From Felis catus (Eukaryota): a stretch of DNA of 64,000 nt. A program made the translations under genes and the position numbers. Positions within the stretch are counted from its first letter, which is position 1, and every line of letters starts with the position of its first letter. Location of the stretch: assembly GCF_018350175.1 (NCBI RefSeq), contig NC_058375.1, positions 4,898,001 to 4,962,000 of the forward strand. Reading direction: 5' to 3'. This document shows, piece by piece, positions 22,801 to 35,190 of the stretch. Under the pieces are notes generated by a model. That model was given only the letters and a program-made list of their open reading frames with translations. It made no database searches and was not told the DNA's origin.

Positions 22801-23877
22801 GATTGTGCCTTTATGAGGGGACAAGGATGGTCCTTGTAGCCAGAGGTTGTCTGTGTAATAGTATGTCAGATGCCTGAGGCACACAGGGTCCCTTGGGACC
22901 CTTCCAAGTTCAAATATGTAGGCCTCCCATTAGATCAAGGGTCTTCGTTCAGAAATTATGATTACCTCACTTTGCACAAAGAGATCTAGTACAACCCACA
23001 GAATAAATCCATGGTAGACCGAGGGGCTTTCTGGTAGGTTTTTGTTATACTGACAAATTATTTGCTGTGAAGGCAAAGGGATTGGTTGTCATGAGTGCCG
23101 CTAATGATCTTGGGTTTTGGGGGTTATGACACGGCTGGTGAGGAGCATTTCTGATGCACCTTCCTACCATCCCCCAGCCACCCTCCACTGCCATGAGTAA
23201 GCCAGTTGAGTATCTGCAAAAATCTTAAGAACCCAAGGACAGAGCGAAGTGCTAATCCCATTCCCTCTTGTACATCTCTAAAAATACCCAGAGACCTCTC
23301 ATAGCAATGACAAAGTAATTGGTAGCAAACTTAGCATTCTACCAAAACCTACTAGAACTCTGGAAAAAAATATGTGAAATGACTGTTGTTAGTTGTTGGG
23401 CAACAGGCAGTGCAGGAATCTGATATCTGAGAAGAGTAAACAACAAGATGAGTTCTGGCTTTCAGGCTGGAGACTTCGTTCCAGTAGCATGGAGACAGGT
23501 AAGCAAAGAGAACATGACAGTCTAGCTGAGCTGAGGAGATCTAGATCAGAGTTTGGGATGGCCAAGGCAATTGGAATTTATAGGGAACAATACTGGATAG
23601 AAGGGAGATAAACAGAGGAAGAGATCCAGAAATCTGCATGGTAGGTCTCCTTGAGTCTTTGGCTAAATACTAAACTGAGTGTGTATAAGGTGAAGCTCCA
23701 TGAGGTTGGTCAAGGAAAACAACCACTGAGGGCTGTAACTAAAAATTCTCAGAACTCACACACAACTTGGAGATGTTCAAGTTTGGAAGCTAAGTTGTGT
23801 GAAGAGATATTACTGGACTCCGAGGGTATTTATTAGAGACCTCAGAAGGGCCATACCTTAAGAATAGGACTAAACTC

Positions 23878-24098
23878 AGAGCGCCTGGGTGGCTCAGTCG
23901 TTTAGGCATCCCACTTCGGCTCAGATCATGATCTCATGGTTCATGAGTTCAAGCTCTGCATCGGGCTCTGTGCTACCTGCTGAGAGCCTTGAGCCTGCTT
24001 TGGATTCTGTGTCTCCCTCTCTCTCTGCCCCTCCCCTGCTTGCATTCTGTCTGTCTGTCTCTCAAAAATAAATAAATATTTTTAAAAATTTTTTTTAA
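23878..24098 (+). mobile_element. CAN-SINE (SINEC_Fc2-like)
   Basis: Perfect 18-nt TSD aagaataggactaaactc at 23860-23877 and 24099-24116. Confidence 0.97.
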
Positions 24099-24561
24099 AA
24101 GAATAGGACTAAACTCTCCCTGGAGTAAAGACTAATCTAGACTCACCCTAGCAAAGCACAAAAACAAACCTCACAATGAGCAAGCTAATCTGAAAGTAAT
24201 GCAAATGCCTGATATAACAAAATGCAACATTCTTTAAAGTAAGACAGCAAAAGTCTACACTCAACAATGTATCATGCACAGTACCCTGTATTCAATAAAA
24301 AATAATGATTCATGTAAAAAAAAAAAAGCGGAGAAGGAAATGTGACCTATATCCAGGATAAAAATCAGTTGGTAAAAATGGAGCCCCAGATAAAGTAGAT
24401 ATAAAATTAGAAGACAAAGACTTTAAAACAGCTATTATAAAATCTTCAGTGATTTAAAGGAAAAGATGAACAGTGCAAGGAGAGGATTATAAAAAAAATA
24501 ACCAAATAAAACTTTTAGAATTTCAGAATATGATATCTAAAGCGAAGATTTCACCAGAAGA

Positions 24562-25140
24562 GTATATTAGTCATCGACTGATATGTACAAAATTACCACA
24601 AATTTAGAGCTCTAAACAACATTTATTTATTAGCTCACAACTTCTGAGAGTTGGGAATCCATATGTGGTTTAGCTGGATCCTCTGTTTCAGGGTCTATCA
24701 CGAGGCTGGTTCAATCAACATGTCAGCCAGGACTGATGGCTCATCTGAAAGCTCACCTGAAGAGAATCTACTTCTAAGCTTTCTTAGTTGCTGCAGGAAT
24801 TCAGCTCCTTGAAAGATGTTGGGCTGAGGGCTTCAAGTTCCTACCTGGCTTTTAGCCAGAGGCTGCCTTCAGTTTCTTACCATATGGACCTCTCCAACAT
24901 GGCAGCTTAATTCATCAAAGTATATAAGCCAAAAAGACAATAAAGAGTTTGCTAGAAAAGCAGAAGTCACAATCTCTTGGAACCTAATCATAGGTGTGAT
25001 ACCCCAACATCTTTAATGTACCCTATTGATTAGAAGCAAGTCACCAATGTGCCCATGAGAAAAAGAAGTGGAGATGACACAAGGGTATGAATAATAGGAG
25101 GTCACGGCCATTGGGGCCATCTTGGAGGCTAACTATCACA
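24562..25140 (-). mobile_element. MaLR solo LTR, MLT1E/F-like, inserted in the L1
   Basis: aaattaccacaaatttagagctctaaacaacatttatttattagctcacaacttctg...tgattagaagcaagtcacc...ggggccatcttggaggctaactatcaca. Confidence 0.85.
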
Positions 25141-25678
25141 ATGGGCATAATAGTGGGTTAGGCACTAGAAAAACAAGTCAATAAACTTGAAGATATAGCA
25201 ATAGAAACAGCCCAAAATAAAGCACCCAGAGAAGGAAAGAGGAAAAAAATAACAGAAGAATAATAGAGACTCAGTAAACTTGAAACACTATCAAATGATT
25301 TGACATACATATTATTGGAGGCCCAGACCACGGTCAGGTGAGGATAGGAGAAGCAGAAAAATACTGAAGAAGTAATGGTCAAGATTATTCCAAATCTGAT
25401 GAAAACTATAAAATCATAGCTCTAAAACACTCAGTGAATCTAAACATGGGGCAGGATAAATACATAGACAAGAACACAAAGAATTGTCATAATCAAATTG
25501 CTGAAAACCAGCAACAAAGAAGTAATCTTTTAATTAGACACAGGAAAAAAAAAAGACAAATCACAAAGATAAGAATTACTACTGATTTCTCATCATTAAC
25601 ACTGAAAGCTAGAAGACAGTGAAGCCCCAACCTAGAATTCTTTATTAAAGGAACATATTCTTCAAAACATGAAGGTGA

Positions 25679-25895
25679 GCAATGCTTGGGTGGCTCAGTC
25701 AGGTGAGCGTCCGACTTCAGCGCAGGTCATGATCTCGCGGTCTATGAGTTCGAGCCCCTCGTTGGGCTCTGTGCTGACAGCTCGGAGCCTGGAGCCTCCT
25801 TCAGAATCTGTGTCTCCCTCTCTGCCCCTCCCCCACTCATGCTCTGTCTTTCTCTGTCAAAAATAAATAAACATTAAAAAAATTTAAAAAAAAAC
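25679..25895 (+). mobile_element. CAN-SINE (SINEC_Fc2-like)
   Basis: TSD catgaaggtga at 25668-25678 and 25896-25906. Confidence 0.96.
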
Positions 25896-26380
25896 CATGA
25901 AGGTGAAATAAAGACATTTTTAGGCATAAAAAAAAAGCTAAGATAATTTATTGCTGGCAGATATCTACTGTAGGACATATTAAAAGAAGTCCCTCAGGCT
26001 GAAGAAAAATGATACTAGACGAAGGCTCAAATTTACATAAAAGAATGAGGAGCACCAGAAATGGTAAATATGTAGGTAAAAATAAAATACCCTCCTTCTT
26101 GTTTCTAAATGTTTTTGAAAGATAATTGACCAAAACTTAGAAACTTATAACTCTTAATGCCTACAACAAAAAAAGAAGGAAGATGCAAAACAATAACCTA
26201 ACCTTCCAGCTCAGAAAATTAAAGAAAAGCAAATGGCACTCGGAGTGTGTAGAAGGAAGGAAATAACTTAATCCACTTAAATGAAACAGAATAGAAAACT
26301 AATGGAAAAAATTGATAATACCAAAATTGGTTCTTTCAAATGATCAACAAAATTGTTGTACCTGTAGCTAGACTGACAAA

Positions 26381-26445
26381 GATAGATAATAGATAGATAG
26401 ATAGATAAAGATAGATAGGTGGGTAGATGATATACAGATTGATAG
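26381..26445. repeat. (GATA)n imperfect
   Basis: gatagataatagatagatagatagataaagatagatagg. Confidence 0.9.
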
Positions 26446-26680
26446 AAGACCCAAGGGACTAAAATCAGGAATGGAGGGGACATCACTACTGAATTTACAG
26501 AAATAAAAACTATTATAAAAGAATACTATGAACACCTATATGCCAACAAATTAGATAATTTCAATTAAATGGGCAAATTCCTGGAAAGATATAATTACTG
26601 AAATTGACTCAAGAAGAAATTGAGAATCTGAATAGACCCTAAAACAAGTAGAGATATTAATTTAAAGATCTTCTGACAAA

Positions 26681-26898
26681 GGGGCTCCTGGGTGGCTCAG
26701 TCAGTTAAGCATCCAACTTTGGCTCAGGTCATGATCTCATGGTTTGTGAGTTTAAGCCCATATTGGGTTGTGTGCAGATGGCTCAGAGCCTGGAGCATGC
26801 TTCGGATTCTGTGTCTCCCTCTCTCTCTGCCCCTCCCCAGCTCATGCTCTATCTCGCTCTCTCTCAAGAAGAAATAAACATTAAAAAAATAAAAAAAA
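26681..26898 (+). mobile_element. CAN-SINE (SINEC_Fc2-like)
   Basis: Head ggggctcctgggtggctcag; degenerate TSD atcttc(tg/a)acaaa. Confidence 0.95.
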
Positions 26899-27149
26899 AT
26901 CTTCAACAAAGAAAAGCCAAGGGTCAGATAGATTCACTAGTGAACACTACCAAACATTTAAAGAATAGTTAACACAAGTCATTCACAAGATATTCCAGAA
27001 TATAGAAGAGGAGAGAACACTTCAAAATACCAATTTTATCTCTATACACTAGCAATAAATAATTTGAAAATCAAATTAGGAAAAAATCAAATTAAGAAAA
27101 CAATTCCAGTTTATAATAGCATCAAAAGAATAAAATACTTAGGAAAAAA

Positions 27150-27355
27150 TTTAAAAAAAATTTTTAATGTTTATTTTTGAGAGAGACAGAGTGCCAATGG
27201 GGGAGGGGCAGGGAGAGAGAGACATAGAATTTGAAGCAGGCTCCGGGCTCTGAGCTGTCAGCACAAAGACCGACACAGGGCTCGAACCCACAAACACAAG
27301 ATCATAACCTGAGCTGAAGTCAGACACTTAACCGACTGAGCCATTCAGGCACCCC
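27150..27355 (-). mobile_element. CAN-SINE (SINEC_Fc2-like)
   Basis: tttttaatgtttatttttgagagagacagag...gactgagccattcaggcacccc. Confidence 0.95.
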
Positions 27356-27689
27356 TTCGAAATAAATATTTTAAGAGAGGTACAAGACTTGTAAATTGAA
27401 TAGTACAAACCATTTTAAAAGAAATTAAAGAATACATAAATAAATGGAAAGACATTCCATGCTGATGCATCAGAAAACTTACTATTAAGGTGGCAACAAT
27501 TCCCAAACTGATGTACAGAATCAATGCAATCCCTAACAAAACCTCAGCTAAGTGTTTTTTTTTTTTTTTCAGAAATTGATAAATTGAACCTAAACAGAAA
27601 TGCAAGGGACCCACAGTAGTCAAAACAATGCTGAGAGAGAAGAACAAAGTTGGAGGACTCAAAATTCTCAATTTAAACACTTATTACAT

Positions 27690-27918
27690 GGGGCGCCTGG
27701 GTGGCTCAGTAGGTTGAGTGTCCAGCTTTGGCTCAGGTCATGATCTCATGGCTCGTGAGTTCGAGCTCCATGTGCTGACAGCTCTGTGCTGACAGCTCAG
27801 AGCCTGGAGCCTGCTTTGGTTTCTGTGTCTCCCTCTCTCTCTCTGCCCCTCCCCTGCTTGTGCTCTGACTTCTCTCTCTCTCTCTCAAAATAAATACAAA
27901 TTTTTAAAAAAATTAAAA
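27690..27918 (+). mobile_element. CAN-SINE (SINEC_Fc2-like) with internal 14-nt tandem copy
   Basis: ggggcgcctgggtggctcag head; tgtgctgacagctc twice at 27771-27798. Confidence 0.95.
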
Positions 27919-28002
27919 AAACTTACAGTAAAGCTACAGTAATCAAGTGTGGTTATGGCATAAGGATGGAATATAGATCAATGAAATAAAACTGAGAGTC
28001 CA

Positions 28003-28225
28003 GGGGCACCTGGGTGGCTCATTTGGTCAGGTGTCCAACTTCAGCTCAGGTCATGATCTCACAGTTGGTGAGTTCAAGCCCTGTGTTGGGCTCTGTGCTG
28101 ACAGCTCAGAGCCTGGAGCCTGCTTCAGATATGTTTCCCTCTCTCTCTGCCCCTCCCCTGCTTGTGCTTTGTCTCTCTCTCTCTCTTTCTCTCTCTCTCC
28201 TAAAAATAAAACTAAAAAAAAATTA
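28003..28225 (+). mobile_element. CAN-SINE (SINEC_Fc2-like)
   Basis: TSD aaaa(c/t)tgagagtccag on both sides. Confidence 0.96.
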
Positions 28226-28868
28226 TAAAAATTGAGAGTCCAGAAATAAACCTTAACAGTTTTGATCAATTGATTTTCAACAAAGGGGCCAAGACTATTT
28301 AATCAAGATAGAACAGTCTTTTTAGTAAATGGTTATGGGACAACTGGATATACACAGCAAAAGGAGGACTATGGGCTCCATCCTTGTATTATACACAAAA
28401 ACTAACTCAAAGTATAACATCGACCTAAATGTAAGAGCTAAAAATATCAAAGTCTTAGAAAAAAACATGGGAATAAATTTTCGTAATTTTAGGTTGGAAA
28501 ATGATTTCTTAGTTATAATAACAAAAGCATAGGTGATTAAAGAGAGGATTGATAGATTGGACTTCATTGAAATTAAAAGCTTTTGTGTTTCAAAAGGTTC
28601 TACTAAGAAGTCAAAAGGTATCCAACAGTATAGGAGAAAAATTTTTGCAAATTATAAAGCTGACTTGTATCTAGAATATGTGAAGAGTTCTTACAACTTA
28701 ATAATGAGAAGAAAAATAACTCATTTAAAATGGGCAAAGAATTTGAATAGAAATTTTCTCCAAAAAATATATATGACTATCCAATAGGTCCATGAAAAGA
28801 TGTTCAACAAGATCATTAATCATCAGGGAAATCAAAGCCATGATGAGATACTAGTTCACACTTACTAG

Positions 28869-29144
28869 NNNNNNNNNNNNNNNNNNNNNNNNNNNNNNNN
28901 NNNNNNNNNNNNNNNNNNNNNNNNNNNNNNNNNNNNNNNNNNNNNNNNNNNNNNNNNNNNNNNNNNNNNNNNNNNNNNNNNNNNNNNNNNNNNNNNNNNN
29001 NNNNNNNNNNNNNNNNNNNNNNNNNNNNNNNNNNNNNNNNNNNNNNNNNNNNNNNNNNNNNNNNNNNNNNNNNNNNNNNNNNNNNNNNNNNNNNNNNNNN
29101 NNNNNNNNNNNNNNNNNNNNNNNNNNNNNNNNNNNNNNNNNNNN
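28869..29144. other. N gap, 276 nt (inside L1 ORF2 end)
   Basis: Run of N. Confidence 1.
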
Positions 29145-29272
29145 TAAATGTCAATCAATTGATGAATGAATAAACAGAATGTGGTATATCCATGCAATGA
29201 AATATTACTGGTAAAAATAAATGAGGTACCAATACATGATACAACATGGATGAACCACTAAATATTATTCTT

Positions 29273-29499
29273 TTTTTATTTAAAAAAATTTTTTTTCAAC
29301 GTTTATTTATTTTTGGGACAGAGAGAGACAGAGCATGAACGAGGGAGGGGCAGAGAGAGAGGGAGACACAGAATTGGAAACAGGCTCCAGGCTCTGAGCC
29401 ATCAGCCCAGAGCCCAACGCGGGGCTCGAACTCACGGACCGCGAGATCGTGACCTGGCTGAAGTCGGATGCTCAACCGACTGCGCCACCCAGGCGCCCC
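29273..29499 (-). mobile_element. Young feline CAN-SINE (SINEC_Fc1-like)
   Basis: CpG-rich, diagnostic ggcgcagtcgg/gccaggtcacg/gggctgatgg variant; perfect TSD cactaaatattattctt. Confidence 0.97.
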
Positions 29500-32059
29500 C
29501 ACTAAATATTATTCTTAATGAAAGAGGCCAGTACCAAAGACCACATATTACATGATACTGTTTATATGAAATGCTCAGAATAGGGCAATCTATAGAGACA
29601 GAGAGTAGATTAGTAGTTGCCTAGGGCGAAAGGCATGTGTGCTGGCTGGAGATGGGGAGTGACAGCTAATGGGTATAAGGTTTCTTTCTGGGATGATGAA
29701 AATGTCCTGAAATAATATTATGATGATGATCACACAAGACTGTAAATATACTAAAACTGTTGAGTGACACCTTAAATGTGGGAACTTTATGGTGTGTAAA
29801 TTACATATCAATAAAATGTTAAAAACAAGATGATTGTCTAAAGCAAAAATAATAGTATATAGAGGCAAAATGCATGACAATGATAATACAAAGGAAAGCA
29901 GTGGGAAATGGAAATGCGTTGTTGAAAGGTTCTTACAGTACTGATGAAGTGCTATAATTATTTGAAGTTACAATACTGTGATTAAAGACACACGTTGAAA
30001 ATCCCAGAGCAACCACTGAAAGCTAAGAGAAATAGCCAGCAAGCCAATTGTGGAGATAAAGTGGAATACTGAAAAAAATGAAGCCAGGAAAAAAGGAAAA
30101 TGAAACAGGACAAGTAGAAAACAAATAGCTAGCTGGTAGAGATAAACCCAACTATATACATTATTACATCAACTATAAATGGCTTAAACATTCCACTTAA
30201 AAGCTAGAGATTATCAGAGTGGACAAAAAAGCAACACCCAACTATATGCTCTCTACAAGAAATACAATTTAATAATAATGACACAGATAAGTCTGAAGTA
30301 AAAAGATGGATAAAAGATATAGTGTGCAAACCATATCTGTATGTCTATATCTAAGCTATAGTGTACAAACTAAGATACAGTGTGCAAACTATGAGAAAGC
30401 TAAAGTGACTATTATCAAGCAAAGTAGACTCCAGGACAAGGACTGCTAATAAAAATATAGATGTTTCACAATGATAAAAGGGTCAGTCCATCAAGAAGAC
30501 ATAATGGTCCTAAATGTGTGCACACCTAATTACATGACTTCAAAATACAGGCCAAGTGACGGAACTGAAAGGAGGAGCAGAGAAATTCACAATTACAGTG
30601 GGACATGTCAACATTCCTTTCTCAGTAATGAATAAAATAGACAGGAATTCAGTAAGGACTTCAAACCTTGAATAATGCTATCAACCAACTTATCTAATTG
30701 ACATTTTTGAAACAAAATAGAGGAAAATACATTTTTTACAACTGCACATAGAACATTTACTAGTCTAGGTGCTATGCTATAAAACCAGTCTCATTAAATT
30801 TAAAAGGATTACTATTTCTCTGGCAGTCACTGAATTAATTTAGAGTTTCGGATGTAAGATATATATCTGAAGAATGTCCAAATATTTGGAAATTAAACAA
30901 CACATCTCTAGGGATAAAAAGAAAAAATCATGAAGGAAACTAAAAGATATTTTTGAAATGAATAAAAATTAAAACACAACTTATAAAATTTGTGTTATGC
31001 ACCTAAAGCAAATCTTGGAAGGACATTTATTCTTTTAAGTCTTATATTAAATGCTTATCTGGTATTTACATTTGAAACGAATAAATGCAATTCACATTAA
31101 CAAAGGTTTACAAGATGGTCTAAGCTTTCACATTAAGAAGCCAGAAAATGAAGAGCCAATAAAAACCAAAGTAGAAAAAAGGTAATAGTAAAGATTAAAG
31201 GGAAATCAATGAAACAGGAAATAAGGCAATTTGTAAATAGACAAATAAAACAAAAACTGGCTCTTTGCAAAGATCAATAAAATGATAACCTATAGCTAGA
31301 CTGATCAAGAAACAAATGAGAGAGAACACAAGTTATTAATATCGTGAATGAAAAAGGATTCATTACTCCAGATGCTACACACGTTAAAGGTAAAACCAAG
31401 GAATATCATGAACAACTTTATAGTGATAAATTTGGCAACTTAGATGAAATGGACAAATTTCTTGAAAGACAAAAAGTATTAAAATTGACACAAAAAGAAA
31501 TGGAAAATCTGAAGGGCTCTGTATTTGTTAAAAGAAATTGAACTTGTAATTAAAAATCTTCCCATGGAGAAAACTCCTTCAAACTGTATTCAATCAAATG
31601 TTTAAGTGAAATATAATGCTAATCTTACCAAACATTTTCAGAAAAGATAAGAGATTGGAACACTTTTCAGTTCATTTTATGATACCATAACTAGACAATG
31701 ACATTACAAGGAAAGAAAACTGCAGACCATTATCTGTCATGAGCATAAATGTACAATGTAGAATATTTTAGCAAATTGAACACAGCTCTATGTAAAAAGG
31801 ACAATATACCGTGATTAATGGGGTTAATTGCTGGTATGCAAGGTTGGTTTAACATTTGAAAATCAATCCGTGTAATTCACCATATCAAAATAGCAAAGGA
31901 TATTAACCATATAATCATGTAATTCAACAGATACAGAAAAAGTATTAGATATAATTCAATATTCACTCATGATTTAAAAAAAAAAAACTCTCGTCAAGGT
32001 AGGAATAGAAGGGAATTTCCTCAGTCTGATAAAGGGCATCTATAAAAAGCCTACACCTG

Positions 32060-32280
32060 GGGGCGCCTGGGTGGCGCAGTCGGTTAAGCGTCCGACTTCA
32101 GCCAGGTCACGATCTCGCGGTCCGGGAGTTCGAGCCCCACGTCAGGCTCTGGGCTGATGGCTCAGAGCCTGGAGCCTGTTTCTGATTCTGTGTCTCCCTC
32201 TCTCTCTGCCCCTCCCCCGTTCATGCTCTGTCTCTCTCTGTCACAAAAAATAAATAAACGTTGAAAAAAAAATTAAAAAA
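32060..32280 (+). mobile_element. Young feline CAN-SINE (SINEC_Fc1-like)
   Basis: Perfect TSD aaaaagcctacacctg at 32044-32059 and 32281-32296. Confidence 0.97.
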
Positions 32281-32340
32281 AAAAAGCCTACACCTGATAT
32301 CATACTTGATAGTATATTATTATACTTCCCCTTAAGATTG

Positions 32341-32518
32341 NNNNNNNNNNNNNNNNNNNNNNNNNNNNNNNNNNNNNNNNNNNNNNNNNNNNNNNNNNNN
32401 NNNNNNNNNNNNNNNNNNNNNNNNNNNNNNNNNNNNNNNNNNNNNNNNNNNNNNNNNNNNNNNNNNNNNNNNNNNNNNNNNNNNNNNNNNNNNNNNNNNN
32501 NNNNNNNNNNNNNNNNNN
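32341..32518. other. N gap, 178 nt (inside L1 RT core)
   Basis: Run of N. Confidence 1.
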
Positions 32519-33147
32519 TGGGAAAAAACTACAGGAAATAATAAATAAATTTAAGAAGTCCACAGGGAACAAGATCAGTATATGAAAAACAAGTGTCTTT
32601 CCATATATTAGCCATGGACAATTGGAAAACAAATTGAAGTTAAAGAAATGCACAAGTTAGGATAGCATAAAAAACTTGAAATATTTTAAGCTAAAATTAG
32701 CAAAGTATGTGGAAACTGAAATGTATACAACATTTCAGTGAGAAATTAAAGAATACTTAAGTAAATGGAGAGATATGGTTTATGCATGAATTAGAGGATT
32801 CAGTGTTGTTTATATGGCAATTTCCTCCAAATTGGTCTACAGCCCTAATGGAATCCCAATCAAAGTCCCATCAGGCTTTTTTTTTTTTTTTTTTTTAAGA
32901 AATTGATAAGCTGATTCTAAAATTTATATAAAACACAAAATAGACCTCACATAGCTAAAAGAATTCATAAAAATAAAGCTTAAAAGTTGCACTACTTGAT
33001 TTTAATACTTAATCTAAAGCTACAGTAAGCAAGACAGTGTGGGATTGGTATCATTGGGTAGATTGATGTCTCAGACAGGCAGATTTCAGGTCTCACTTTC
33101 CTTGGAGACAAACTGGAGAACTAACTTAATCTTCCCTGGCAATGATG

Positions 33148-33180
<33 letters not shown>

Positions 33181-33205
33181 GGAGAGAGAGACAGAGACAG
33201 AGAGA
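33148..33205. repeat. (TG)n(GA)n compound microsatellite
   Basis: Direct reading. Confidence 0.85.
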
Positions 33206-33225
33206 TGGTGTTTTGTATTCTTTTA

Positions 33226-34074
33226 TGTAATGGTCAGTCTGGGGCGTCCACAAGAAGGGACACAGGAGAGGCTCAGGAAGAGAGAGTTGATTATACTCAG
33301 AGGTCCTAGGAACAGGGGATGTGACACACCACACAGGGTCACAAGAGGAAGAACCCGTGTGGTCACGTGACAGAAGAGGCCCTAATGAGGGGAGGAGAGA
33401 TACCTAGGCCATGGCCTTTATTGGAATCTGCATAGGAAAGCAGGACTGGACAGGATAAACAGTTTAGGATTGGGTAGTTGGATAGTCCCTAGTGCCTGGC
33501 GCCAGGCCCTGGGATGATTAAAGCAGAGGAATATTGCCTCCTAGGATTAAGGGCCAGGCAGAGGTAAATCTCTGGGTTAGTTTGCATATCAAAGGCAAGC
33601 TCCTGGCTGAGCCCTTTGCTATCTCTGTAAATTGGCTAGCCCCAGAGGGCAGTCTCTCCCCAGTCAGAAAGGTTTTTGAGTTTCAGTAATGCAAGATAAG
33701 TAAATTCTGGAGATTTACAATAAAGCATCGTGCTTAGAGCCAACAATACTGTATTGTAGATTTAAAATTTGCTAAGAGGGTAGATTTTATGTTGTGTTCT
33801 TACTACACACACATAATAATGATGATGATGATGTTGATGACATAAATAGTACTAATACTGGGGGCGGGAGGAAGCCTTGAGAGGTGACGGATATGTGTAT
33901 GGCTTTGATGGTGGTGATGTTTTCATGGGTATACGTTTATCTTCAAGCTCATTGAGTTGTGTTTCTTAAATATGTACAGCTTTTTACATGTCAATCACAC
34001 CTCAATAAAGTAGTCTGAAAGTAGATGTCAGAACATCATAATATGCAGAAAATAAAAAATATATAAACAATACA
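33226..34074 (-). mobile_element. MER74-like ERVL solo LTR, split by an L1 3' fragment
   Basis: tgtaatggtcagtct...ggttagtttgcatatcaaaggc...cagaaaggttttt, resuming at ~34023 with agatgtcagaacatcataatatgcagaaaataaaaaatatataaacaataca. Confidence 0.8.
33680..34021 (+). mobile_element. L1MB1-like 3' UTR fragment
   Basis: tttcagtaatgcaagataagtaaattctggagat...aaatttgctaagagggtagat...tatgtacagctttttacatgtcaatcacacctcaataaag. Confidence 0.8.
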
Positions 34075-34179
34075 GACTCCTTCCTGCACTGCCTCACAGA
34101 CTGACATCCCAAGAAGCCCCTCAGAGGCAGAGAGAATATGTCATTTTTTTCTTCTGTCTCCTCCTTCTCAAAATAAAAC

Positions 34180-34700
34180 ACCTTCTCCTTTTGTACAGTT
34201 TCAAAATGAATATATACCCACTGTAAAAATTAAAGAGTCAGGCAGTTTAGAAAAGTGGGTAAGAAATTAGATTCACCCTAAATCCCATTGATAAAACTGC
34301 CCATGATGTACATACACCCTTCTGAATGTTTTTCACACACATGCTTTTACCAAAATGGGGGATTATAGTATACACACTATTTTGCACTTGCTTTTTTCCA
34401 CTTGATTCCACATTAAGTGATTTACATCATTTTTAACAGCTCTGTGTGGTACCGTTTATTTAACCTGTTCACTGCCATTGGACACTGAGAACATTACTAC
34501 TGTTTGCCATTAGGAATCACACTGTGTCCTTGTGTTATTCGGGATTCCTTCCACAAATATTTGGGGACTTACTATGAGCCAGGCTTTTCACACTTTTCCA
34601 GTTGTTTTCTTGGGTATATTCCTAGAAATGGAATGGAATGCTAGGTCAAAGGGTGTATCCGCCTAAACATTTGATGCATATAGCTAGATGGTCCTTTGGC
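34180..34700 (-). mobile_element. L1ME-like 3' fragment
   Basis: tacacactattttgcacttgcttttttccactt; ttgggtatattcctagaaatggaat...gctaggtcaaagggt. Confidence 0.65.
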
Positions 34701-35059
34701 AAGATCGCGTTAACTTAGGAATACAGTGGCAGTGACCTCCAGGCCCTGCCTCTTAAACAAACGGGCCTGCCTCCCCGGGCTTGGCACAGGGAGGGCACAC
34801 ATTCCGTGCCCGCTATTATTAACGGAGTTAGTAATTATCGACAGATGGGAGAACAACACCCTTTGTAGCACATCATTACAGGTGTGTGCGTCCTGGCTTC
34901 TCGTAGCTGAGGGAGGAAGGAAAGAGTCCATCCCGTCCATGTCGGTTCGGTGTGGACTCCACCTCTGCGGTGAGCTTTCCAACCCACCATTCAGCCATGT
35001 GACAACAACGATGAAAATAATGGAAGCTATCATGGATGATGCTGAGGGCTTTCCATACC

Positions 35060-35190
35060 TTGTCTTAAATCCACAACTCTGGATGTTTCACAGATGAGAA
35101 ACTGAGGCTTGGTGAGGTTGAACAATGGCAGGGGCCCTCAGCTAGTGAGCCGCAGTGCCACTCAAGCTCAGACTTGAACTCCACTCATGG
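35060..35190 (-). mobile_element. MIR
   Basis: tttcacagatgagaaactgaggcttggtgaggttgaac. Confidence 0.75.

Larger units (their letters stand above)
26131..29826 (+). mobile_element. 5'-truncated L1 (L1MB7/8-like 3' UTR) nested in the inter-ORF region of the older L1
   Basis: Begins abruptly in ORF2 and ends with an L1MB-type 3' UTR and AATAAA (29810-29815); degenerate TSD aagataattgac 26119-26130 / aagatgattgtc 29827-29838; apparent internal RT deletion near 27025. Confidence 0.8.
23300..33065 (+). mobile_element. Near full-length ancient L1 (L1MC/MD-like 5' region, ORF1, inter-ORF, ORF2), decayed and interrupted by younger insertions
   Basis: ORF1 relic IRITTDFSSLTLKARRQ (~25570-25620); ORF2 endonuclease start INPTIYIITSTINGLNIPLKS*RLSEWTKKQHPTICSLQEIQF (~30140-30270); YHEQLYSDKFGNLDEMDKFLE (~31400-31470). 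Confidence 0.9.

Noticed and set aside
25434-31541. ORFs with L1 ORF1/ORF2 similarity as active or domesticated genes
   Set aside because: Short fragments with many stops and frameshifts; decayed retrotransposon.
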